A stretch of DNA of 64,000 nt, from the NCBI RefSeq assembly GCF_009914755.1, contig NC_060940.1; one strand, 5' to 3'. A program made the translations under genes and the position numbers. Of this stretch, positions 1-37,299 are shown piece by piece. The stretch is from the human T2T-CHM13v2.0 reference genome, Homo sapiens. The notes beneath the pieces were generated by a model. It ran no database searches and had not been told where the DNA came from. It saw only the letters and a program-made list of their open reading frames with translations. How positions within the stretch are numbered: the stretch's first letter is position 1; each line of letters begins with the position of its first letter.

Positions 1-260
1 GGGGAGGGGCAGAGTGCTATAAAGATAAACGGGAAGGGAAAACATGTTACACCTGGTAACTGCTTACACACCCAGGTATAAGGTTGGGTATGCACTGGCC
101 AACACAGGCTGAAGCAGCACAGACCCAGAAAGGTCAGGCCCACCACGCTGTCCTGCCTCCTTGCATGCTGTAATCCCAAGAGAGCAGAGAATGTCCCTCT
201 CCTTCCAGGACACCTGCATCCATTTGGGGAAGGGTCCTGAAGGTTAAATAGTCCACCTTC

Positions 261-551
261 TTTTTTTTTTTGATATGGAGTCTTGCTCTGTCTCCCAAGT
301 TGGAGTGTAGTGGCACAGTCTTGGCTCACTGCAACCTCTGCCTCCTGGGTTCAAGCAATTCTCCTACCTCAGCCTCCTGAGTAGCTAAGGTTACAGGCGT
401 GCATCACCATGCCTGGCTAATTTTTGTATTTTTAGTAGAGACAGGGTTTCAGCATGTCATCCAGGCTGGTCTTGAACTCCTGACCTCAAGTGATCCACTT
501 GCCTCTGCCTCTCAAAGTGCTGGGATTGTAGGTGTGAGCCACTGTGCCCGG
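261..551 (-). mobile_element. Alu (AluS-like)
   Basis: Antisense dimeric Alu with poly-T. Confidence 0.9.
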
Positions 552-1159
552 CCAATGGTCCACATTCTCTAGCCTCCTCAGCCACTTCACCTGTCCAATC
601 CTGCCAGGGCCCCATTTCTGGGGAGGAGGTCCAGGGAAACAGGTAGTCCAGTGCCTTCCAGGACAGTGTCTCCCCACCCCCAGCTGTCTGTCCTGGGTGG
701 AAGTGTGGGGTGGTAGGCTAGAGTCAGGCAAGCAGCAAAGAGCAGGAGACTTCCTGCTAGCAGGATGGCACATGTCCCTCACACCCCGGCCCCTTCCTGG
801 GGTCACCCTTCTGAGAGCCAAACCTCTGGGCCTTGTTTCTCACACCCTGGGGCTGGGCCAGGCCTGAATAAGCCCAAACCCTGGTCCTTGCTGACGGGGC
901 TTAAGCTCAGCACGTAGTATGGGCCCACTTCCCTGACACCTTCTTGGCTCTTGTCTTCCTCACTTCTCTGGTCTCTGTCTTGGGGTGGAGTCTTTCCCCC
1001 ATTCTTCCCAGGCTCAGCTTCTCACATTGGCCTCCAGCCCACTATACTCTTGACTTTCCAGGCTCAGGCTTTTCTGGCAGCCCAAAACCAACTGGTTATG
1101 TATGGTTTTATATGCAGGGTCAAGCCCAGGGGACCATGGCATCTACTTCTCTCTCTCTT

Positions 1160-1315
1160 TCTAGCTATCTATCTACCTATGTATAATATATAGATATAGA
1201 TCTATAATATATAGATGTCTATAGATATTGATAATTTATATATATAGCTATGTATCTATTATATATATCTAGACATCTATTACATATATCTATTATATAT
1301 TTTATAAATATACAT
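1160..1315. repeat. AT-rich TATC/TA/TAGA low-complexity repeat
   Basis: Direct reading. Confidence 0.85.
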
Positions 1316-1654
1316 TTTTCCCGCTTGTTTCTTTAGACTGTCTTACCCAATATTTTTAATAACAGTGTAATCAGGTAAGACTGAACATACCAGAGCAGGG
1401 TACAGGGAAGATGGAAAAGAGGCAGGATTATAGGCTGAAGGGCTTTCATTTTAGAAAATAATTGGTTAACTGCCTCTTTTGTCTCCTTTCCTATAAACAC
1501 AGGACCCTGTGTTCTGAAGACCCTCCTTTCCTGTTATCGCAGGTCTCCAACTAGAGTGTGACTTCCTGAATGAGATGACAAGGATGGGCCTTGGGGAGGG
1601 AAATCCACTTTTGTTATCTTATGCTTCCTCTGTGCCAGGCACCGGACTGCCTCT

Positions 1655-1798
1655 TTTTTTTCTTTTCTTTTTTTTTTTAATAGAAATAGGGTCTCGCTAT
1701 ATCACCCACACTGTTCTTGAACTCCTGGCCTCAAGCAATCCTCTGGCCTTGGCTTCCCAAAGTGCTGAGATTACAGGCATGAGCCACCATGCCCAGCC
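1655..1798 (-). mobile_element. Alu left monomer (FLAM/AluJ-like)
   Basis: Single-arm antisense Alu. Confidence 0.8.
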
Positions 1799-3748
1799 TG
1801 AGCCGCCTATTTAATTTGATTCTACCAATAATCCTTTTACAGATAGGGAAACCAAGAATCAGAAAATCAGCGCATTGCCCCAGGGTGCACAGCCAGGAGC
1901 CAGGGCTAATTGACCAAATCTTGGGCGGATGGGCCCTGGAAATGCTCCAAGGAACCCTAGAGGGGAAGTGGAGTGAGGGCTGGGGCCAGAAGGATTGCCA
2001 AGAGCTGAAGACATCCTCTTAGTTTTCTGGACTCTGCAAATACCCCATACTGGTCCTCCCAGTTCCAGTAAGGGAACACCAATAGACACACGCACCCCAT
2101 GCAAGTTAGGATAATAGTATCTACCTCTGCCAGGACCTAGGTGTCAGGGTCCCTCACCAGTCTGCAGCTCAGCCACTCTGTTCCAGAATGACCAGCAGAT
2201 TGGATAGTCCAGCCCCAGGGGAGGCTAGGAGGAGACCAGGACTCATGCCCACACCTCAGTTTTCTACAGTCTCCCAAAGGCTCCTGAGATGTAAAAAGGC
2301 TAGAGTGGGTTGGGGTAGGGTCAGGAAACATTCCAGGACAGTGCCACCCCTGTCCTACTCTGATTTTTAGCCACAGCTAGGGAAACAAAGTTGCTAGTAA
2401 TGACCAGATTTCTAGGGCTATCCCCACTGTCAGGAGGAGAGGGCTTTCCTGGCCTTTGCAGCAGGGTCAGAGAAGCACCCCAGATCCCCCTACCCGGAGC
2501 TCAGGGAGAAGTCAGTGCTATACCAGGTGTGGTAGGGCCTTGGGTATCGGAGAGGCTCCTGAGACACTTCCCAGAAGGGAGGGTAGAACTGGGAGGCTCT
2601 AGATTAGGAGATGAGATGCAAGGCCAGAGGGACACATTCTCCCCTCTGGCAAAGGCAGGTCTGGGCTGGGGGAATATTTTGGAGGGGAGGAAGGCACTCC
2701 TGAGTTCCCCCAGGGACACTAGGCCCGGCCCAAGACACTGTCAAGCTCCCTTCCACCAACCAGGGCCAGGAGATGAGTCAGAGGCTGTGGCCAGGAGCTT
2801 CCTCCTAGTCTAGGAGGAAATGAGCAAGGCTTTCTGAGATCTGAAAGCTCTTTAAAAAGGAAGCCCCCAGGGGAACTCTAGGGGCTAGGCTCGGCCCAAT
2901 GGGGTGTGTGGGTGGAGTCCCAGGGAGAAAGCAGGCTGGCCTCTGTACATCCCCAGGGAGGGGGGTCATCTGCTGGGATGATCAGGGCCAGTACCCGGGG
3001 CCAGTACCCAGAGGAGGACAGAGGCCACTTGGCTGTGTCCTGTCCTCTGCTGGACAACTGTACATAGGACGAAGCAATGAGTAAAGAACCCCTTCCTCTT
3101 ATTTCTGCCCTACAGCTTGGGACAGGGATGCCCTGGTTTCTGGGCCACCTCTTCCCTCTAGAGGGCCAGCAAGACAGGCCTGAGTCATGTCTGTGACTCT
3201 GGGGCACCCACTTATAGGACTACGGGAGGAACCAGCTGTTGACATTTCCTGCAAGGAGGGGCCCTGCTCCCCCTTGCTCAGCTCTCTGATGTCCCTGTCT
3301 CTGCCCTATTCTCAGCCCCTCTTCCTCCAGCCTTCTATTCTGGGGCTGTGGTCATAGTTTATATTTGGGTTGAGCACATCACAGTGCATCTGACCATTCC
3401 TGGCAGAGTTGCTAGCCCCAGGGAATCCTGGCTTCTGGCATTGTGGTAACCTAGTGTGCCACCTCCATATCCCTGTGGGGGAGGGAAGGCAGTCCTCAGG
3501 TACTCCAGGTGGGAGAACATGAAATCGGGGAGACCAGGAAGGACTGCATTGGGGATGAGGAACTTATATTCTTCACCGGAGCTCAGTAGTGTCCTCAGCT
3601 AAGGAGCAGGGAACACAGGGCAGAGCACCTGGTAGGGTTGGGTGGGGACACGGGTCCCATGAGAGGGAGATAGAAGGAGTGGTTCTGAGCCTCTTTCTTG
3701 CAGCTGACTTCCCAGGCTTGCCCCCAGCTGGGAAGAGGTGTGTCAAGG

Positions 3749-4124
<376 letters not shown>

Positions 4125-4379
4125 TTATTTCAGGATCCGGACTTTAGGAGCCTGGAAGCGGGAACCAGTCTTAGTTCAGCACTCCTGTCTTCCCAGCCCC
4201 CATCCTGAATGGGAGGTGGCCTCCAGCTGCACACGCTTCTTCCAGGCACACCTCAATTTGCCCCTCTGAATAGGGCAAGAGAAGCGGGGGCTGAGTCAAA
4301 ACTGGCGGTGAGCAGTGTCCTGCATCCTTCCAGCCATGGCCTTGAAGCCGGGGTTCTGGCCTGGACACGTGCCACTCTC

Positions 4380-6010
4380 CAGGCCAATAGTCTCACCACC
4401 CCTCCCGCCAGCGCTCAGAGGCGGGGCTGGCCGCAGCGCGAGGAATGCGGGCTGGGGGCCCGGGGCACATTCCAGGGAAGACCCCAGGCCCAAGGGGCAA
4501 GTTTACGCAACTCGCCGCCCAGCTGAGGCTGGGAGCAGGGGAGGGCACCCACCCCGACTCTCTCTCCTCTTCTCCAGCACTGGAGGCGGCCGGGCTGGTG
4601 GGGAGCTTGTGGGGGTGGTAGTGCGCCTCCCAGAGTCCTGGCCCGGAAACAGCGCGCCGGAAAGGGCTGCCTGCGGGGGGCTGACGGCGGCGAGAGGGAG
4701 GGGAGAGGAGGTAGGCTGGCCATCTGGAAAAGGGCCTCTTTCCGCACTGTGCACAAGTCCGCTTCGGGGCGGCAGCAAAGTAGGGCAGGCCGGCTGTTTA
4801 AAATTAGTCCGGCCCTCCCTCTCACTTTCAGGCGCGGGCCGATGGGCGGCGAGTGTCCGGGGGTGGGGGCGGGAGCGGTGACTCAAAGGGCTTTTACACC
4901 CGTGCAGCCTCCTGCGCTCTGCGGATCCCGGGCCAGACCGCTTCGCGGGGACTCCCCTCACCCCGTGAAGTCTCTCCTCGGCCGGCACTCCCATACTCCC
5001 ATTGACCTACAGGGTCAAGCCCCAATCCAGCTTCCTGACACCGCAGGAAACCTCTGCCACCTCTAGTAGTCCGCCTCGGGCCCGCCCCTCCTCGTGGTCC
5101 CGCCCCCACCTCACCTGAAGCAGGTGGAAGCTGGTCCCTCCCCAGCTCCGCCTCCAGGGTCCGCTACAGCCCAAGCGGCTACCGTCACTCTGACCAGGGA
5201 AGCCACCCTGGCAGACCGACGGCGAGTGGAACTCGAGCACCTCCCCAGGTGCGCCTAATTCGAAGGGCAGTCAGAATGGCGGAGCCAAGTTCCTGGCACC
5301 CCTCTTCAGTTTCCCCTCAACTTGAGAGGGGACTCCCCCGCAGGCGGGGCAGAGTGGACCCTGGGACCCCAGCCCAAGACTTTTCCGGAGAAGAACACTC
5401 GCTCCAGCCTCTTCCCGCGGAGCACCTCCCACCAGTTTTCATGGCGCCCACCCTGAACCCCCGATCGCCCCAACCTTTCTCCGGCCTCCCTCACCTTGAG
5501 CGGCGCTCCCAGCAGGCGGTGCACCGCGGGTATCTGCGCGCCCAAGGGCAGCGCCCCGTCCAGGCTGCAGGTGGGGGCCCGGCGCGGCTCCGGAAAGTTG
5601 GCACATGCGAAGGGGTCGGTGTCTTCCAGGTACTGCACCCTCACGGTCACCACTGATACCGGCTCTCCGTCCCCGCGGTCTTCCCCGCCCGCCATGGCTC
5701 TGCGGCCGGCTCACGCAGCGCGCCTCCGAGTCCCGGCCCCAGTGCAGCTTCTACTCAAAGCACACTGTAGCTCCGCGGTTCGGGCCCGGCCGGACCGGAC
5801 GCGGCTGGAGGGGCGGGGCCAGACGGAGGCGGGGCCGAGGAAGGGGGTGGAGCCAAGATTAGTCCCCGAGTGCGCGCCAGGAGGTAACCACTGCCGGAGG
5901 CGGGGCCGCCGCTAGCCACTCACAGGGCCCAATGGGAATCCCGTTAGTTCACTGGCTAGGAGGGCGGGAAAAACCGAGCTCGCGCCCCACCTTCGAGAAC
6001 GCGCAGAAGG
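4380..6010. promoter_or_regulatory. CpG island / FHOD1 promoter with GC boxes (about 5812, 5828, 5898) and CCAAT (5929-5933)
   Basis: High CpG density; repeated GGGCGGGG/GGCGGGGC motifs just upstream of FHOD1 exon 1. Confidence 0.8.
5495..5695 (-). CDS. FHOD1: FH1/FH2 domain-containing protein 1 (formin), coding exon 1; rest of gene off the left edge
   Basis: ATG at 5695 (gagccATGG Kozak); [67 protein letters not shown] is the recognised FHOD1 N-terminus; donor AAG|gtgagg after 5495; 67 codons. Confidence 0.96.
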
Positions 6011-6018
6011 CGGGGAGG

Positions 6019-6625
6019 CTTTCTTTGGTCTGGGGATAGTGAGGCTGCGTTCTCTTTGAGGGGTGTTAGGGCAGATGGGGCAGAAGTTTCTTTAGATAGT
6101 GGCCGGCCAGGTCTCTCTCAGTTGAGGGACAAGATAGCCCTCATTCCTTCCATTTGAGGGGTGAGTCCCTGTGGTTTCCTCATTTAGGGAAAGCAGTGAG
6201 AGGGGGTCCCTTCAATTTGGAGCAAGAAGTGAGAATAAATTCCACCCAGTTTGAAGGAAGAGGTGGGATCAGTTCCCTTTAGTTGTGGGAGGAAGAGGGA
6301 AGGATGCCCTTCAGTTTTCTGGGAAAAGATTGGGAGGAGTCAGTTTGAGGGGGCAGATAGAACACGTTCCCCTCAGTTTTGGAGAAAAAGTGGGATGGGT
6401 GCCCCTCAGCCTGAATGAAAAGTGGAGACGGTCCTCCTCTGTTTGGGGCGCTATGAGCCGAATGCCCCTCAGATTTGGAAAAAGTTGGGTGCATCTCGCC
6501 TAGTTTGAAGGGAATCAGTAGGCTGGGTTTTCCATAGGTTCCTGTCAGCTTCATCAAAGAGATGAGACAGTTCTCTGTAGTGTGACTGAAAGGGAGGGCC
6601 AGGTGCCCCTTGGTTTGGGAGATGA
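6019..6625. repeat. Degenerate ~32-bp-period tandem array with palindromic core CCCTCAgttTGAGGG
   Basis: Core centres at 6119, 6151, 6181, 6213, 6247, 6280, 6312, 6341, 6374, 6407, 6439, 6470, 6501, then 6546, 6578, 6611. Confidence 0.7.
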
Positions 6626-7299
6626 AGAACAGCCTCCCTCTTCGCCTGGCACGAGCTGGGCCAGTCTGGGCCTTAGGGTTTCTGGGACGTTGGGGGCAGC
6701 GTTGTCCGTCACTGCTTTGGGGAGCGTCCAGTGCGCGTGCGCAGCTCAGGTCCGGGTGGGGGCCGGCAGGGGGTCCTGGGCTTGGCAACGTGGGCGGAGG
6801 GCGGCCAAGCACGGTCCCCTGCGTTTTGCACCCGGCCGCGCCTTGGTCCCAGGGGGGTGCTGCTCGCCGCACAGCAGCGCTGGCCGAGGAGGAGCCGTGC
6901 CCCTCCCGTCCTGACCGCGCCCCCCGCAGACCCCCGCCCTTCCCGCTGCGGGCTGCCCCAGGGGGGCCGTGGCCGCGCACCGCTCTGGATCTGGTGGGGG
7001 CGGTTTTGGGGAGGTTTGGGGGCGCGGACTCGAAGGAGTAGGTTGTGGAACTTGGGGGAGAGCTGCACTGGGGAATTTCCGGAGCTGGGACTGATTTAGG
7101 GAGGAAAGAGGAGAGAGTCCCCGACTACGAGAGTCCGAGGCAGGGTCTCGGAGCCTGGACCTGGCTTGGGGGTATCGGAGCCGGGATTGGGGGGAGCGGG
7201 CCCCACGTGCCTGTGACGCGGGGGCGCCCGGTAGGTGGCGGCGGCGACGCGGGGCCGGCGGCCGTGCGGTGCCGGGAGGGCGGCTGGGCAGGCGGCAGG

Positions 7300-29505
<22,206 letters not shown>

Positions 29506-30465
29506 CTCAAGGCCTCGGGGAGGAGCAGGAGGTGGAATCCCTGTGGGAAGTGCTCCCTGGGTGATGGGTAGAGCCCTCGAAACTTGACATGGGGCCAGAA
29601 GGGCCTGGGTTGAAGTAGTAATTGGGCTTCCTTGGAGCTAGTCAGAGGGGTCACCTAAGCTGGTCCTCACAGGGGCCTTTCTCACCACCTCCCTGCTCCT
29701 AACCCCTGCCACTTTCTGTTTCATTAAGGCCTCTACTCTGGCTCAGGACCCAGTCCAGGCCTTCTACGGGCTAGGCCCAGAGACTTGGGTTGCTGGTCCC
29801 CCTTCCCTAGTGGGTTTTCCCGGGGACTCTATAGGCAGCTGCTCCTGCCCGCAAAGCAAGAGCATCATTCCTATTCTTCAGTGGATGCCAGCCTTCCCTG
29901 CCCCAACTCCCTCCCCAGCACTGGGTCAGTGGTGTCCTGGCAGTGAGGCTCCGTGAGGGGCTGGCCCTTAGAGGAACTGGGGTGGGAGGTGGGGCAGGCC
30001 TCACCCTTGGGCTTTGCTGCCCTGTTGGGTCAGCTACCCATAGTCCATTTTTTTAGGGCAGTGGGAACCTCTGCCTCCACTTCCTGCTTTAGCCCCTTCC
30101 CTTTGCTGCCAGGTATTGGGGTAATATTTCCTCCTTTTCCAAGACCAAGGCCAAGAGGCTGGGCCAGGCTTCAGTTCAGGCCTGTTGCTTAACTGGGGTC
30201 ACCCTGGGATCTGCTGCTCTGGGTCTAAGTCTAGACCTTTCTGATCCTTGGGTCTGGGTTTTTTGAGGAGGGGACATAGTGGCCTCTGGGCTGCCATGTC
30301 ACCACCTGAACATTCCCCAAACAGAGAAGGAACCCAGCATCTCAGGGCCACTGCTCCATTGCTCTGGGGGCTGGGATGCCTGGCTAAGCAGGGGCTGACA
30401 GGGTGGCAGGTGACTTTCTAGGGATCAGCACCTGCCCTGTGTTTTGTACCTTGAACCTAAGATAT

Positions 30466-30471
30466 ATTAAA
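30466..30471 (+). terminator. Probable SLC9A5 polyadenylation signal (ATTAAA)
   Basis: ATTAAA about 960 nt after the stop, followed by a GT-rich element (gggtgtcttgtgtccatgtgtc). Confidence 0.7.
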
Positions 30472-30939
30472 CATCTCTCAGATGGATGGGTGTCTTGTGT
30501 CCATGTGTCAGGGGGTTCTTAGGGTGGGGGGCAACAGGGGCATCTGGTGAAGGAGGTGAGAACCCAACTGCCTGCCCCAGGGATTGAGAATGGAGGGGAA
30601 TCCTAGGCAGGACTATTCATCCTTCTGGTCCCCTGTCATGCATTCCCCAATACTTTTCCAATATTGTCCCCTTAGCAGGGGTCCTGCAGTGGTGGTCAAG
30701 GGGATCACTGTTTTGGCATCGAGTCACAGAACTAAAAGTCTGCAAAATGAGAAAGGCTAGCAGGGAAAGACCCCAGAGGTCAGGTGCCAAGCTGTCCTGA
30801 TGCAGCCACCACACACCTAGGACCAGATGAGCATTTCTTGAAAACCTGGATGCAGGTACAGGACACATGAACAGAGGTGGCCTTTTGCACATGACAGACA
30901 GGAAGGCAATCTCAAGGGCTCACGGGATTTGGTTACCGT

Positions 30940-31750
<811 letters not shown>

Positions 31751-31818
31751 ATCTCTGAGTGTTTATGATGCAAATCAGATAGTGTGGGGTCCAGAAACAT
31801 GAATAGAAATCCCTAGAT

Positions 31819-32811
<993 letters not shown>

Positions 32812-32864
<53 letters not shown>

Positions 32865-33145
32865 CCCCATATATATATATATACACACACACACATACAC
32901 ACACATATATACACACGCATATATATACGCATATATATACACACACATGTATATACACATATACACACATATATACACATATACACACACATATACACAT
33001 ATATACACACACATATATACACATATATACACACACATACACACACATATACATATATACACACATATATACATATATACACACATATATATACATATAT
33101 ACACATATATATACACATATATATATATATATACACACACATATA
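32812..33145. repeat. Compound (CA)n/(TA)n microsatellite replacing an Alu tail
   Basis: Direct reading. Confidence 0.95.
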
Positions 33146-33157
33146 CTGCACTGCACT

Positions 33158-33641
<484 letters not shown>

Positions 33642-33650
33642 AGATATATT

Positions 33651-33870
33651 TGAGATATAAGTCACATACCATAAAAATTCACCCATTTTAAGTGTACAGT
33701 TCAGTGTTTTGAATATACCCATAGGGTTGTGCAGCCCTTACCACAATCTAAGTTTAGAACATTTTCATCATCCCCCAAAAAACCCTGTACTCATTAGCAG
33801 TCAGTCCTCATCCCTGGCCCTCCTCAGCCCTAGGTAATAACTAACCTACTTTCTGGCTGTCTGGATCTGA
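33651..33870 (-). mobile_element. Old L1M (L1MB-like) 3' end fragment
   Basis: tgagatataagtcacataccataaaaattcacccattttaagtgtacagttcagtg signature. Confidence 0.7.
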
Positions 33871-34039
33871 AGGACTTTTGACACACTTGGAAGGTTATAC
33901 TTTTAGCCAACTTACCTTTACTTTTTCTGCATTATGCGCAGGGAAGGTGTGATGAGAAGGAAGAGTGACTTGGGCTTTGCCCTTAGGTTGTTTACAGGCC
34001 ACAGTGATAAGGCCTCGTAGTTAACTAGTCGTCAACAGT

Positions 34040-34352
<313 letters not shown>

Positions 34353-34571
34353 TAGTCAACAGTTTAGAGTCAACAGCCCCAGCTGTCACTCACAAGTGTC
34401 ATTCTGGGTGTGTTACATGCTCTCTCTGAGCCTCAGTGTCCTCATCTCTCAAATGAGATAATCATACTCACTTCATAAGGCTGCTGTCAGGATTAAATGA
34501 CAAAATTTAATGGGAAGAATCTACCCAGGGCCTGGCTCAAGGTAAGGGATCATAAATGTCATTATTTGTCG

Positions 34572-34800
34572 GGCCGGGTGCGGTGGCTCATGGTTGTAAT
34601 CCCAGCACTTTGGTAGGCCAAGGCGGGTGGATCCCTTGAGGTCAGGAGTTTGAGATCAGCCTGGCCAACATGCTGAAACTCCATCTCTACTGAAAATACA
34701 AAAACTAGCTGGGCATGGTGGTGCATGCCTGTAATCCCAGCTACTCTGGAGGCTGAGGCAGGAGAATCACTTGAGCCCAGGAGATGGAGGTTGCAGTGGT
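34572..34800 (+). mobile_element. 3'-truncated Alu
   Basis: Alu similarity stops at gttgcagtg. Confidence 0.85.
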
Positions 34801-35295
34801 GGGGGCAGATGAACATGGTGGGTTTGACAGGGAGGCAGGCAGGTGACTTGGATGCAGGAGAGCAAGTGCGTCAAGCGCTCATCCATGGGTCCTTGCCATG
34901 TGACTGGGCAGGGTGGCCTGAGCTGAGAGAACTTGGCTGGGGTAGTCTTCGTGAAGGAGATGCTGCACCCAGGCCTCAAATGAGGAAGGATTTTGATTAG
35001 GGGAGATGGGCATGGGCCTTCAGGAAGAGGAGCCAGTGTGAGACTAGACTAGTAATCAGATTTGTTTTCCAGGCCAGTCTGGGAGGTAGATGGGAAGGCT
35101 GTGATGCCTCTAAGTGGCCTTGACTGTCATACCAAGGAGTTTGGAGTTTATTTAGGCCAAAGGCAAGAGAGGTCTGGAAGTTCTGGGGTATTTGTTGCCC
35201 TCAGTATTTGGGGTAGTACTGAAGAGGGGTGTGCAAGGTGAATGACTGTGGGTCTGTTGTCACTAGACCCAGTGAGGCCCAGAGCCCTCCCCTCC

Positions 35296-35601
35296 TTTTT
35301 ATTTATTTATTTATTTTTGAGACAGAGTCTCGCTTTGTCACCCAGGCTGGAGTGCAGTGGTGTGATCTTGCCTCACTGGAACCCCTGCTTTCCAGGTTCA
35401 TGTGATTCTCTTGCCTCAGCCTCTCAAGTAGCTGGGATTACAGGCATGTGCCACCACATCTGGCTAGTTTTTGTATTTTTAGTAGAGATGGGGTTTTGCC
35501 ATGTTGGCCAAGCTAGTCTGGAACTCCCGACCTCAGGTGATCTGCCTGACTTGGCCACCCAAAGTGCTGGGATTTTGTGGCATAAGCCACAGTGCCCGGC
35601 C
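35296..35601 (-). mobile_element. Alu
   Basis: Antisense Alu. Confidence 0.88.
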
Positions 35602-36989
35602 CATTTTATTTTTGATTGAGTCATGTTGGCAAGAAATGGGAGGCTGAGGGAGAGTTGGGGAAGGGCCAGGGGAGGGAGGCCCATTCCCATTTTATGATCT
35701 CAGTGGAAAAGGCTGCTGTGAGTTGATTCTGCTGCCAGGAGAGCCACAGAGATGGGCCCCATGAGTCACTGCTCAGTCCTGCAAGCTCAGCCCACAAAGC
35801 CTGCTGTGGTCAGCCACCCCTGGCTGGCTCCAGGCCCAGCTCCCCAATATTCCCCACTAGGCCTCAGTGTGTCCTCATTTCTATCTGTACCTTTGCCATC
35901 CTGGGCCATGCAACCTGTAGCTCTCGGCCTCTTCTGTCTCCTTTCAGGCTGAGTCTCTGAATCTGTCTCCATTTGTGACTCTGGTTTCCATGGGATACAT
36001 AGATGTGGAGCCTCAGGAGGGCAGGGGTAGTGTGATCAGTGTCAGGCGCCCCAAAGCATTTATTCTGTGCCAGGCCCTGTGCTGGATGCTGAAAGTACGG
36101 AAGTGGATAACATACAGTCTCTGTTTCCATGAAGCCTACAATGCACATTCTCTGTGGAGTGGAGAAACCAGGGCCCAGCCCTGCCTCTATCTCAGTATGG
36201 CTGTACCTCCCCTGAATCTGCCTGCTGTGCCCAGGGTGCCAGGTCAGCTATAGCCTGTGGCTTGAGGCTCTTCTTTGCCTCTGGCATTCACAGGGGTATG
36301 TGTGCCCGCCAGCAGGTCCCCCCCGGCTCTTAGGGCTCCTGGGGGACTTGGCTGGTGGGTGCTGGTGGGCAGCAGAAGGGGAGGGAGGGAGCAGAAGGCA
36401 GTGACTCAGTGGGGGTGGCCCTGGGACAGAACTGGGGAGGAAGCCAAGGTTGGATGATGCTTCCTGAAGCCAGGAGGGTGGGAAGAGAGGTCTGGCTGGG
36501 AGTTAGGGATGGAGCAGGACAACTCCAAGGCTCCCCTCTGGCAGCCAGACCTGCTCATGAAGAAGGCTCCTCGGTAGCTGCCTGAAAGTCTGGACTCTGG
36601 GGGCTGGGCTGGGCTGGGTGGGGAGATTGCTGTTGGTCCCACTGTGCCTGTTGTAATCCCCAGGTTCATGAAAGAGGTGCCTGCCTTAGAGCCAGGGAAG
36701 CCGTTGCACCCGGTGCCCCCTCTCCCCAGGGACCATGGGCCTGGGCACACTGTGGGGCTCAGGGTCTTCTCCTGGTCGCAGAGCTGACCTTCCCACAATC
36801 TTCCCACAAATTCTGGGGAGTGTCGGGCCAGGCCCACATGCCCTAAAGGGACCTCAAATCGCACAGCTACCCACTTGGGTAGCTTTCATCAGTTCAGGAT
36901 TCCCTGACTGCGGGTGAAATGAGGGGGCAGGGCACCAACACAGCCCGAGTGCTGGCAGCGGGTGAACGTATAACACAGGGAGTCTTCCC

Positions 36990-37130
36990 CAGTCCTCACG
37001 GCAACCCCAGGAGAAAAATGACTTTCCATTTTTACAGGTGAGGAGGGTGAGGCTCAAAGAGCAGAGTTCCTGGAGCGCCCCCAGCAGGTAAGTGGAGAAG
37101 CCAGGCCTGGGCTGGGGGCTCTGGCTCCAG
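36990..37130 (+). mobile_element. MIR core
   Basis: ccatttttacaggtgaggagggtgaggctcaaagag...gtaagtggagaagccagg resembles the MIR core. Confidence 0.65.
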
Positions 37131-37299
37131 AACCCCACCTCAGCACCAGCCTCCTGCACCGGACTTTGTGGAGAAGGGGGTAAGGGGGTGCCAGGGATGG
37201 CAAAGGGGTAGAGGATCTGGTGGACTCTGGCAGGCCTGGGTCAGCTCCACCCATTGGTCTCACTCCCACCCGGATGGCAGCCCCATCCCACGTGGGATC

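Noticed and set aside
6019-6625. CRISPR-array interpretation of the palindromic repeat/spacer pattern
   Set aside because: Primate genomic context, no cas genes, repeats highly degenerate and linkers only ~16 nt; kept only as a degenerate tandem array
4296-7100. Long overlapping ORFs around the FHOD1/SLC9A5 islands
   Set aside because: GC-driven; only FHOD1 exon 1 has a recognisable product
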